The notes under the pieces were generated by a model. It saw only the letters and a list, made by a program, of their open reading frames with translations, was not told the origin of the DNA and did no database searches. A program made the position numbers and the translations under genes. Positions 37,589 to 48,900 of a stretch of 64,000 nt of DNA are shown piece by piece (position 1 is the stretch's first letter; each line of letters opens with the position of its first letter). This stretch comes from Hormiphora californensis (Eukaryota; Animalia; Ctenophora): NCBI GenBank assembly GCA_020137815.1, contig CM035361.1, forward strand, positions 5,704,001 through 5,768,000. The letters run 5' to 3'.

Positions 37589-40500
37589 ATGCACAGTTTG
37601 TTCGGACTACTGTTCCTGGCAGTGACAGTGAGCCCCACTGCAGCAGGGGTATCAGGGGTATCAGGAGGGGACCCGACCCCAATAGTTCTCTGGCATGGTA
37701 TGGGAGACAGTTGTTGTAATCCTCTCAGTATGGGGGGTGTGAAGAAGCTAATGGAGAAGCATATTCCAGGTAATGAACTATATAGTAACCACATGTTCAG
37801 TTAACACTGGTGTGTATGGTTAGGTATCTACTAAACATCACTTACCAACGGGTTTAAATCCTCATCCCCAGTTGTTACCAACTTCCTTGCAGCGGGTGTC
37901 CCATATCAGCTGATATATCTCCTGCTGCAGGTGTGTATGTAAAGAGTCTGATGATAGGAAGTAATGTGGCGGATGATACCGCTAACGGGATTCTTCATGG
38001 ACGTTCAGGAACAACTGAAAATGGTAATGGTAGTTATTGAAATGGAATGTAGGTGTGCGGACTCTAGTGCTACACTCTAAGTCTAAAGAGGACTCTATAT
38101 CTAAATTTAGATTTAGATAAAGAGTCCAAATAATTCTAAATTCTGGGAGGACTCTTTATCTTAAAAGTCTACACAGGGCGGACTCTTTATCTAAAAAGTC
38201 TAAACAAAGTGGACTCTATATCTACATAAATCTAAATTAGATATAGAGTCCGCCTTTCGCCGCGAACTCGAGATTTCGGCCGTTAGGCCGGAAACGAGAG
38301 TTTGCTGTACCTCTATACTAATTTAGAAGTGTTAGGGCCGTTATTTGGGGGTGAGGTTAGGGTGAGGGTTAGTGTTAGGGTTAGGTTTTGGGTTGGGTTA
38401 GGATTTTAGACATAGAGTCCGGGTTGGAGGATTTGGCGCCAAAATGTACTAGAGGACTCTATATCTAAAAATTCTACACAGGGCGGACTCTTTATCTAAA
38501 AAGTCTACACAGGGAGGACTCTTTATCTAAACTTTTTTCAAAATCTAACTGTAGATAAAGAGTCCGTTTTTAGATATAGAGTCCGCCTTGGATTTAGATA
38601 AAGAGTCCGTTAGCACTAGAGTCCGCCCACCGGAATGTAATAGGGGTCTAGGTATACGTTATCTAGGTCAAGGTGCACAGTCTAGTCAGGCATCGCAGTG
38701 ACCCTTTTTTCGCGCGAACGGAGCAACGAGACTGGTGAACTGATAGGTCACCTAGTTGGAAATTTTAAAGGTATTTAACTCACCATATATTTTGAAACGT
38801 TCGTTGGATCGTTGATGGCCATTCATTCCATCTATAGAAACAGTGTGTGGGTTAAATATATTAATCAGAATGGGGGGGGGGGGGGGGGGTGCTAAACCGG
38901 GTCCCGGTTGTACAAATTCTATAACTAATGACTTCAGTCCCCTACAGGTTTGTACCCAACTATCCAACGACACGGCCCTTCAAAACGGCTACCACGCCAT
39001 CGGATTCTCCCAAGGAGGCCAGTTTCTCCGGGGAATAGCCCAGAAATGCCCCACACCGCGGATGAAAAGGCTGATATCGGTTGGAGGACAACACCAGGGT
39101 GTCTATGGGCTGCCCCATTGTCCTGGACCCTGGTGGATATGTCAGGAGGTAAGTTTGGGGGCTTGGAGAAGGCCGGGAATCAATCAATACACATTCATAC
39201 GAGGTAGGTGACTGGTAACCCCTCCCTTGCCGGAGCAAGGAGAGGTTATTTCGTATACAAGGTGACTGAGTTATAGGAGGCCGAGGGGATGGAGTTGTGA
39301 AAGTTGACATGTGACAGTACCAGGAGGTACCTGTCAGGGTATTTGTTAGTGGTTTCATGATCACTAAAATCCTCTCCGACCTCCAGGTTGACAAGCTGCT
39401 CAACATGGGAGCCTACCGAGATTTCGTTCAGAGCAGACTGGTACAGGCACAGTATTGGCATGACCCTCTGAACGAGGAACTGTACAAGGAAAAGAGCAGG
39501 TAATATCTTGCCTAGCTCGACCCCTTTACAAATGTAAAGGGAGGGTTAGAACATTACAAGTAATATTATAGTGGTACAATCCACCTCTCTCTCTCTCTCT
39601 CTCTCTTTAGTCTCCGTGCCCCCGGGAACAAGAACAGTTAAACCTCGAATTATCGGACTCTAGGCAGAATATAGAGTCCGATAAGTAAGCAGTCTTCGTG
39701 GGAATTGTTTTCCACGGAAATCGAGGTTCACGGCGTGCCCGAGGGTAGTTTAACATTTGTTTGAGTGCACACCTCCGATTCCGGTTGTAACTGGTCGAGA
39801 AGACCTCCCTGAAGGTCGTGGCGGTGCGGGAAAAATAGGGTAGACCTGCTGCGGCTTCAGAAAATTGAGAAAAAGATAGCTATCTTTTTTTTCACTTTGA
39901 AAATAAGACGTTTTTTATAAAAAGATCCTTGATCAGTGAGATACGGTTGTCCCCCACCTATTTTTTGACGTAGAATCGAATGCCGTTGAAGTCAAATCTC
40001 TAAAATGTTGGCAAAATGGAGAAAATTACGTTTTTAGGTGTTTTTTGGTGAAAAAAGCGTTCAAACTGGTAGTAGATGATGGGATAGAGTCCCAAAAATA
40101 TCATAAATCGATTTTTTGGGTCTTTTTCGCCCTAGGAACAGAGTTTCATGAAAATCTGGTACAACGCCTATTCTCCGTTTGCTTTCAAAGAAGGTGAATA
40201 TTGCTCTAATTTAGCCAATTTTGAAGAAAAGGCGTCCAAAATGATACCAGTTGACAGGATAGAGTCCCAAAAACGTGAAAATCATCAATTTTAGGCATTT
40301 TATACCCTAGAAACAAATGGACATGGTGGTCGAATGATATTTTTTATCTCGGTAGGCCTCTGAAGTATGTGGAAATAGCCACAATGTAGAGATTGTGGTA
40401 AATGAATGTGAATAAACGTTTACCAAACCCACTTTAGTGGGCTTCTGGATTATGCAAGAGCCACTCTTCAACTTAGCAGGTGCTAAAGTGGGTTTGGTAA

Positions 40501-42141
40501 ACGTTTATTCACATTCATTTACCACAATCTCTACATTGTGGCTATTTCCACATACTTCAGAGGCCTACCGAGATAAAAAATATCATTCGACCACCATGTC
40601 CATTTGTTTCTAGGGTATAAAATGCCTAAAATTGATGATTTTCACGTTTTTGGGACTCTATCCTGTCAACTGGTATCATTTTGGACGCCTTTTCTTCAAA
40701 ATTGGCTAAATTAGAGCAATATTCACCTTCTTTGAAAGCAAACGGAGAATAGGCGTTGTACCAGATTTTCATGAAACTCTGTTCCTAGGGCGAAAAAGAC
40801 CCAAAAAATCGATTTATGATATTTTTGGGACTCTATCCCATCATCTACTACCAGTTTGAACGCTTTTTTCACCAAAAAAACACCTAAAAACGTAATTTTC
40901 TCCATTTTGCCAATATTTTAGAGATTTGACTTCAACGGCATTCGATTCTACGTCAAAAAATAGGTGGGGGACAACCGTATCTCACTGATCAAGGATCTTT
41001 TTATAAAAAACGTCTTATTTTCAAAGTGAAAAAAAAGATAGCTATCTTTTTCTCAATTTTCTGAAGCCGCAGCAGGTCTACCCTATTTTTCCCGCACCGC
41101 CACGACCTTCAGGGAGGTCTTCTCGACCAGTTACAACCGGAATCGGAGGTGTGCACTCAAACAAATGTTAAACTACCCTCGGGCACGCCGTGGGTTCAAC
41201 TATAGAGAATAGAAACTTTCCTTGTGTGTTGATAATGCTAGAACTACTGTGTCAGATAACTACTGTGTCTGTCAGGTTTATTGGTGAGATCAATCAGGAG
41301 GGAACAGAGAAACCTGAGTACAAGGAGAACCTACTGAAACTGGCCAACTTTACCCTGATAAAGTTCACAAAAGATTCAATGGTAACCAGGAACCGACCGA
41401 ATCAGAATATACTGGTCCCTGATTGGCTGATAACCAGTCACGTGACCTAAATAACGAGTTCTGATTGGTTGTTTACTTAATCCGGTCGGTTCCTGCTGTA
41501 TAGTAACACAAGCACGTACAAAGACAGATCACAGGCAGACACAGGCAGATAAATGCAGACAATACAAAACACAAACAAACTAACCGAAACAAACAAACAA
41601 ACTGAAACAAACAAACTGAAACAAACAAACAAATCTTCACAGTTCACTACCTCCTCCAGGTGACTCCCCGTGAAAGTGAATGGTTTGGATTCTACAACCC
41701 CGGCTCCGATAAGAATCTCTACACCCTCCAAGAGAGTGAACCACTATGGGACCAGGACAAGTTAGGACTCAAGGAGTTGTTTGAAAGTGGCCGGTTGGAG
41801 TTCCTAGAAATAGCAGCAGATCATCTCCACGTAACTATTTTTTGTAGTTTTTTGTAGTTTTTTGTAGCAGGGTCGTTGATTCCTTCTACTAGCTACAAAA
41901 AATAGCGTTGCCCCCCCCACTTACAATCTCTCTTCTTTACTGAGTCTCTATAGTCTCTTCTTTACTGATCAGGCAATTAATAAATGCTCTAACCACGGTT
42001 CTCGCGTGAAAGAAATGAGAATAGGATTAGGCTGACAGAAAAATATAAGAGTATTGAATGTGGCTCAACATTAACTTATTATTTTTGCAGGTTCCGGAGA
42101 AGTTCTGGTTGGAGGAAATTATACCCCGATTGAAGGATTAG
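37589..42141 (+). CDS. PPT1: Palmitoyl-protein thioesterase 1 (apparent +1 frameshift in exon 2)
   Basis: Exons 37589-37769, 37931-38023, 38948-39148, 39387-39499, 41276-41381, 41660-41830 and 42091-42141. Signal peptide, [25 protein letters not shown] (catalytic Ser), [35 protein letters not shown] (Asp), DHL (His). Confidence 0.95.
38052..38631. mobile_element. GG..CC-ended MITE with 8-bp TSD (GGAATGTA), internal GGACTCTTTATCTAAA arrays and a TTAGGG-like core (Merlin-like)
   Basis: TIR GGTG(T/G)GCGGACTCTAGTGCTA. TSD at 38044-38051 and 38632-38639. Lies in PPT1 intron 2. Confidence 0.85.
39729..41192. mobile_element. Foldback element with ~710-bp near-perfect arms, CAC..GTG termini and 4-bp TSD GGTT (Chapaev-like)
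   Basis: Arms 39729-40437 and 40483-41192 with a ~45-bp spacer. GGTT at 39725-39728 and 41193-41196. Lies in PPT1 intron 4. Confidence 0.85.
41387..41495. mobile_element. hAT-type CAGGAACC MITE starting at intron position +6 after a PPT1 splice donor
   Basis: Same TIRs as 33507. TSD not clean. Confidence 0.85.
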
Positions 42142-42493
42142 CGTCAATTTAGGGAAGGAATGTGATCACTATCACACTCTGAAGAACTACAAAGTGTCAA
42201 TTTAGGGAGGGAAGCTGTTTGGTGGCCTGCACGCTCTCATGATGTCCGAGCCGTTTATTTGATTTTTTATGATGCTAAGTTTCAAAAAACGTAGTTCAAA
42301 ATGGCAAAAAAATAACTGTTGTATTTTACAATTTTTATGTACAAATAAGTTAACAACCAAATTCTCGTTAGCTGTTCCCAAAATTCATCGGAAATCAAAG
42401 TCACTATAAAATACCGTCCTGTATATAATTATACCTGCCTTGTTTGACCCCCTTTCTATTTACATTTATGTAAATGATGCAGATGATACCGGT

Positions 42494-42845
42494 TAGTGTC
42501 TGACTGTGGTCTGGAAACCCCCTACTGCACAGAGCTTTTCTGAATCACATTTTCGAGACGAATCCAACGCAACCGGAATTAGCTTTCTATCTTATCGGGA
42601 AGTTTGGGCTTGAGCATCTTCATTTTTGGTCATTTTTCGGTGCGCGAGCCAATCAGAGGCCTGGATTTCGAAATAAAGGCCTCTGATTGGCTCGCGCACC
42701 GAAAATTGACCAAAAATGAAGATGCTCAAGCCCAAACTTCCCGATAAGATAGAAAGCTAATTCCGGTTGCGTTGGATTCGTCTCGAAAATGTGATTCAGA
42801 AAAGCTTTGTGCTCCTAAGAGGTTTCAGACCACAGTCAGACCCTA
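42494..42845. mobile_element. Almost fully palindromic hAT-type MITE (TAG..CTA termini, 8-bp TSD ATACCGGT)
   Basis: TSD at 42486-42493 and 42846-42853. ~165-bp arms. A related end sits at ~2945-2975. Confidence 0.88.
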
Positions 42846-42911
42846 ATACCGGTGAATATACAAGTCCTGTACAATATACCTATTACCTGTATAATGTGAA
42901 GACACCCTGCA

Positions 42912-45900
42912 CTAATGTCCATTGTTACCATTCACTCCCCCGTTCCTATGGTTATTCTTTGTGGCATTCCAAATGGAAATAGTTCCATCCCAGGATGTTG
43001 TTATGTAGTGGGATCGTTCTGGGATGTGGAGTATGGCACGGACACTGTCTGTGTGTCCCGTGTGGTGCTGGACTCGCTTCAGGGTTTTACCTTCGTATAC
43101 CCTGTATTATAGGGGACATGATGGGAGTTTAATATCGCTATGACAACGGGAAAATACATAGACCGACAGACAGACGGACAGACAGACAGACAGACGGAAA
43201 GACACACAGACACACAGACAGACAGACCGACAGACAGGCAGACATAGAGACAGAGAGACAGACACACAGACAGACAGATAAAACTATATTAAATAAGAGT
43301 TGTACACTCCCTCCCAATATGTGGCTTACACTAATGCATTATCTCTCACTTTTATCGTGTGCATAGCAGGGCATAGCAAGATAGAGAGACCTCTCTATCC
43401 CTTCATTCATTCTCGTTCATTCTCCATTTATTACACGTCTTCCTCAAGCAAAGTTTTCCCAAAACTTGTAGCTACTTTTATACCACTTGATATTGCGAAT
43501 AGATAGTGAGGATGGCTTTTTTAGCCTTTTTTAGCAGACAGACAGACAGACAGACAAACAAACAAACAAACAAACAAACAAACAAACAAACAATCAATCA
43601 AACAAACAAACAAACAAACAAACAAACAAACAAACAAACAAACAAACAAACAAACAAACAGAACAACAGAAAAACCCCAGCTGTATAACCTCACAGAGTC
43701 TTGTAGTCCCACTAGAATGGATCCGTTCACTGCGTCCGCTGCCAGGGCTGTCACGGGACACTGGGGGGAGGACAAGTTTGGAGAAAAAGAGGGTGGGAGA
43801 AGGGAGGGTCAAAATTAATCACAGGTTTAGACCGGGACTTCGAGTTTGAACTGAATAACAAGTGATTTACACTTAGTTTATTATATCAGGTTATGATTTG
43901 TACTGTAGACAATTGTTGCTATAAATTAGCGGTTATAGTTCTAGGGTGAGCCAATTTTCCCACCATAGAGATCAGTTGGGTATGATATCCCCTCTTGTTC
44001 TCTCTCTCTTGCGCTGTCCTCTCTCACGTTATCGCGCCCGCTACGTCTATCCAGGGTGAGCTAGTTCCCAAAAAAGAGAGGGTACACCGTGCCCGTAGAG
44101 ATCAGGGAGAGAGATAAAGAGAGATAGAATACAGAGTTTTTGTTCAATATATTGAACAAAAACTCTATACCTCCCTCTTTACCTCTCTCCCTGATCTCTA
44201 TAGACACCACACCTTCCCAAGAGTGAGATACATTGAAAAGGGAAGCAAGCAACATTGTGGGAGCTATAAATATCTATTGCAACAGAGCTCTCCCTCGTGA
44301 TTTCTTTTGGAAAAACTAGAAGATTCCTGTTCTACACCTTAGTTTTGCTAGTGCTCCTCACTTTGAGTGGTGTCAAAAGCCCAAGTATGGTATCAAAGCG
44401 TCATTATTATGCCCAAGTATGGTTATACCTGTGTATCGATTGTGTTGGTGGTTACATCTAGATAGCCGTTGCTAGAGGGCTCCCAGGTTCGTACTGTACA
44501 GTCGTCCCCTCCACTGACCCACAGGGACAGAATGTTATTCCAAATCACGTGGCTAACTTCACTCTCGTGGCCTGTGGAGGAGGGGACTGGGTGGTGGGAC
44601 TTTATTAGCGGGGGAGGAGGGGAGGCATTGCATTAGTGGCCTGGGGAGGGGACTTTTTTAGTGGGGGAGGCTGGAGTGGGCTTTGTTAGTGGGGACTGGG
44701 GTGATCAGGAACTGGGGGGGGGGGGTTATCGGGGGAAATCCTGGGGGCATCGTGAGATCTGATAAAATCATACGGATGAGAGGCCGGGGTACTGCTGCAG
44801 TACCAACCCTAAGTATGTGCAGCACAAGGTAGGGTCGGTAATGGGAGTGGGTGGGGGGAGTGGGTATAACAATAAACAAGTATAAAATTACCTTGTAACA
44901 CGTGCTTCAGTGTACAGTTAGCAGGAGAACACGAGAAGGCCCTGATATAGATCAGTTTGTCTGTCGAACTGTAGGCGAACTCCGAGCGAGATGCGGCATA
45001 GGCAATGTCCATTATTGAGTCAGAGGATGCGTAAACAGCCTGTGGGTTGCAGGGAGGGTTAGATGTGTTATTGATTATAGATTAGAGAGTTAGATAGTGA
45101 TAAAGGTTTATTAGCCTAATTTAAATTGCCACTAAGATTGGAATTATTTTGTTTTGTTCAAACCTTTTTATTTTATTTCCGGGGAGGGAGGGTCGAACAA
45201 GGCAAGAATTATTGTTCTCTCTGGGCGGTTTTGTGTGTGTGACAGGGAAATTTGGTGGGTTCTATATAGTAGTATAAAAGAGAGCTTTAATGACTCGGCA
45301 AATGTTTTACTGGTTTTTCTAAAAGAAAAGGGATCTTGCGATAGAAAAATGATCTTGCGATAGTGCTCTATCCAGTTGGAGAGCTTGTTACAATTAGATG
45401 GGCGGAGGAAGCTGACACGTATATGATCTAAAGCACAGTTGTCGCCCACTTTACCAATTAGCTTTACTTTCTCCATTTTTCTCCCTTCTTGTCTCCCCCT
45501 CTCGTTTAACCCTTTGAGGGCGATAGGTCATATATGACACGGTCCATTCTAGACCGTCTGGAAGGCGCTACATGATGTCTAGGTGGCTAATTTTTTGTCA
45601 CAAGCTAGTTTTAGGGATTTTGAACCCAAAACCACGTCCAAATCTGCTCGGAAAATCGAAGAAATTTTTTTATGGCCCTTCTCGGGAGGCTAATTTAGGC
45701 CTTTTTTTAAAAACCCCTCTCAAATTTTTGTTTTTGAGGGGCACAAATAATCCTTTGAAGGGATAAAACTACTTGACATAACAAATCGAATGCAAAAAAC
45801 CGCATCAAAAAATATTGAAAATTGAATGAGTTATTAACGTTTTAGTCGTTGTATCATATATGACTCTATCGTCCGTAAGGGAATTCTAGTAACAAATGTC

Positions 45901-48900
45901 ATTTGTGCAAAAGTATGGGTCCAATAGTCAAATTTTATGCTTTGAGGCAGTCTATAGCTATAATTTCTACAATCTTGAACGGTTTTTACTAGAAAAATAC
46001 CCCAAATTCTACATTTTGTATCATATATGACTCTATCGTCCCAATTGGTAAATTCTCCAAAAACATCCATAACTCGGGCTAGAAAAGGAGCTAAGAGTCA
46101 AATCAGGGCACTAAACTGTGTAGAATCATCGCATTAGTGGGGGTAGAGCACATATTTAGGTCGCTATCTTGCCCCCTAATTGAGATAATTGGATAATTAG
46201 CCAATTATCTGTCCCGCGCATGCTTTGGGAAGGAGTTATTGCTTTGGGAAGGAGTTATGAGGCAAATGGGGGCACTAAAATGTGTAGAATCATCACATTA
46301 GTGGGGTTAGAGCACATATTTAGGTCTCTATCTGGACCCCTAATTGAGATAATTGGATAATTAGCTAATTAGTTGCCCTCCAGCGCTAAAAAATTAAATT
46401 TGGCGGAGTATACAAGACAAATGGGGGCACTAAAATGTGTAAAATCGTCGCCTTAGTGGGGGCAGAGCACATAGCTGAGTTTCTATTCCCGCTCCTAATT
46501 GAGATAATTGGATAATTAGCTAATTGACGGTTGCATAATGCCCCCTTTTCACCATATACCGTGGTTTCTGGCTAATCCTGAGCTCTTTTGTTCAATCTAG
46601 GGATCTTTTGGCATCCCTTTACCCCATTTGTATCACCTTTGACTCGTTTTACACAATAATATAGCACTCTATACAACCCTAGACGCCGAATTCAGCTCTG
46701 TACAACCCCCTTGGGCCTTGCTTCATCCTACTCCTAGCTAGACCTCTCATACACCATACTAAACGCCTTCTACAGATCATCTTTATTTCCGATGGAGTTC
46801 ATGAGAAGTTTCCTTAGTGGCAAATGAGATTGTGAGAGTGATGATGAGAAATAATGTAGGGGGAATCTAAACTGTGTGTCCAATAATAAAATGGGAAACT
46901 GTAGTACATTAGGGGTTGAACGTCTTGTAGGAGCAATAGGATATATCCCAAAAAAATCGGTTAGGAAGGTGTATGGATCTCGAAATTATGAGAGGTCTAG
47001 GATTAAGCAAGAGGGTTCTAAAGAGCTGAAGTCGGTGTCTAGGGTTGTATTATAGAATGCTATATTAGCATGTGTAAAACGAGTCAAAGGTGATACAAAT
47101 GGGGTAAAGGGATGCCAAAAGATCCCTAGATTGAACAAAAGAGCTCAGGATTAGCCAGAAACCACGGTATATGGTGAAAAGGGGGCATTATGCAACCGTC
47201 AATTAGCTAATTATCCAATTATCTCAATTAGGAGCGGGAATAGAAACTCAGCTATGTGCTCTGCCCCCACTAAGGCGACGATTTTACACATTTTAGTGCC
47301 CCCATTTGTCTTGTATACTCCGCCAAATTTAATTTTTTAGCGCTGGAGGGCAACTAATTAGCTAATTATCCAATTATCTCAATTAGGGGTCCAGATAGAG
47401 ACCTAAATATGTGCTCTAACCCCACTAATGTGATGATTCTACACATTTTAGTGCCCCCATTTGCCTCATAACTCCTTCCCAAAGCAATAACTCCTTCCCA
47501 AAGCATGCGCGGGACAGATAATTGGCTAATTATCCAATTATCTCAATTAGGGGGCAAGATAGCGACCTAAATATGTGCTCTACCCCCACTAATGCGATGA
47601 TTCTACACAGTTTAGTGCCCTGATTTGACTCTTAGCTCCTTTTCTAGCCCGAGTTATGGATGTTTTTGGAGAATTTACCAATTGGGACGATAGAGTCATA
47701 TATGATACAAAATGTAGAATTTGGGGTATTTTTCTAGTAAAAACCGTTCAAGATTGTAGAAATTATAGCTATAGACTGCCTCAAAGCATAAAATTTGACT
47801 ATTGGACCCATACTTTTGCACAAATGACATTTGTTACTAGAATTCCCTTACGGACGATAGAGTCATATATGACACAGTGGGCCCAGCAAAAACTACATGT
47901 CGAAACTTCAAATTTCTTTTTCGAGGTAGTTTGTGGTAATAATATCTACTTATAAACGAAAAATTAGAAAAATCTATCGAGCCAATCCTTCTCGCCCTTA
48001 AAGGGTTAAACGAGAGGTGGAGACAAGCAAATTTGCCCACGTGCACATGATCGAGACACAATGCCATGATATATTAGTTAGTTGGATAGTGATCTGATAA
48101 AGGTTTATTAGCCTCATTTAGATTGACAGATAAGCATTATTGTTCTCTCTGGGCTGTAGTCTATAATATGTATGTGTGTGACAGGGAAGTTTGGTGGGTT
48201 TGAACCCCAGCTGGGTTCCAAGAGATTTGACAAATGTTTAGTACCTACTATAAAATCTTAACTTTTTCTTATATCGTTTCTAGGAAGATATGAAAAAGCT
48301 GCCGGCAATTCTGGCAATTATTCTCATTGCTTCATCCTCTCCACGGCCACTCTCTCAAGTTTCTATCAGAGAGGGAACGTCACGGTCTGCGTATGAAAAT
48401 CCATATGAAAATTCAAATGAAATCGTGAAAGGGATACCTTCGTATGCTTTTGATGACAATCCAATCTCCTGTTTTCATTCAAGTGTAGATAACCAACCGG
48501 AGTGGCTTCAACTGACGCTAAGCAGACCGGCCAGGATTAAAGAGATCGTCATCGTTAATAGGTATTATTTTAGGCAGGAACCGACCGAATCAGGAAATAC
48601 TGGTCCCTGATTGGCTGATAACCAGTCACGTGACCTAAATAACGAGTTCTGATTGGTTGTTTACTTGTTTCGGTCGGTTCCTGATTTTAGGGAACAATTG
48701 GTTTGGGCAATAACAGGAACCGACCGAAACAAGAAAATAACCAATCAGAACTCGTTATTTATGTCACGTGACTGGTTATCAGCCAATCAGGGACCAGTAT
48801 TTCCTGATTCGGTCGGTTCCTGGGCAATAACAACTATTATATGTGGATAACTGATTGCAGTTGCTTGTCTGTCAGGCCAATACTCTGGCCGCGATCGAAA

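Noticed and set aside
45834-47955. Mirror-image 78/99-aa ORFs as a transposase
   Set aside because: Short ORFs in the two arms of an inverted repeat, with no DDD/DDE motif.
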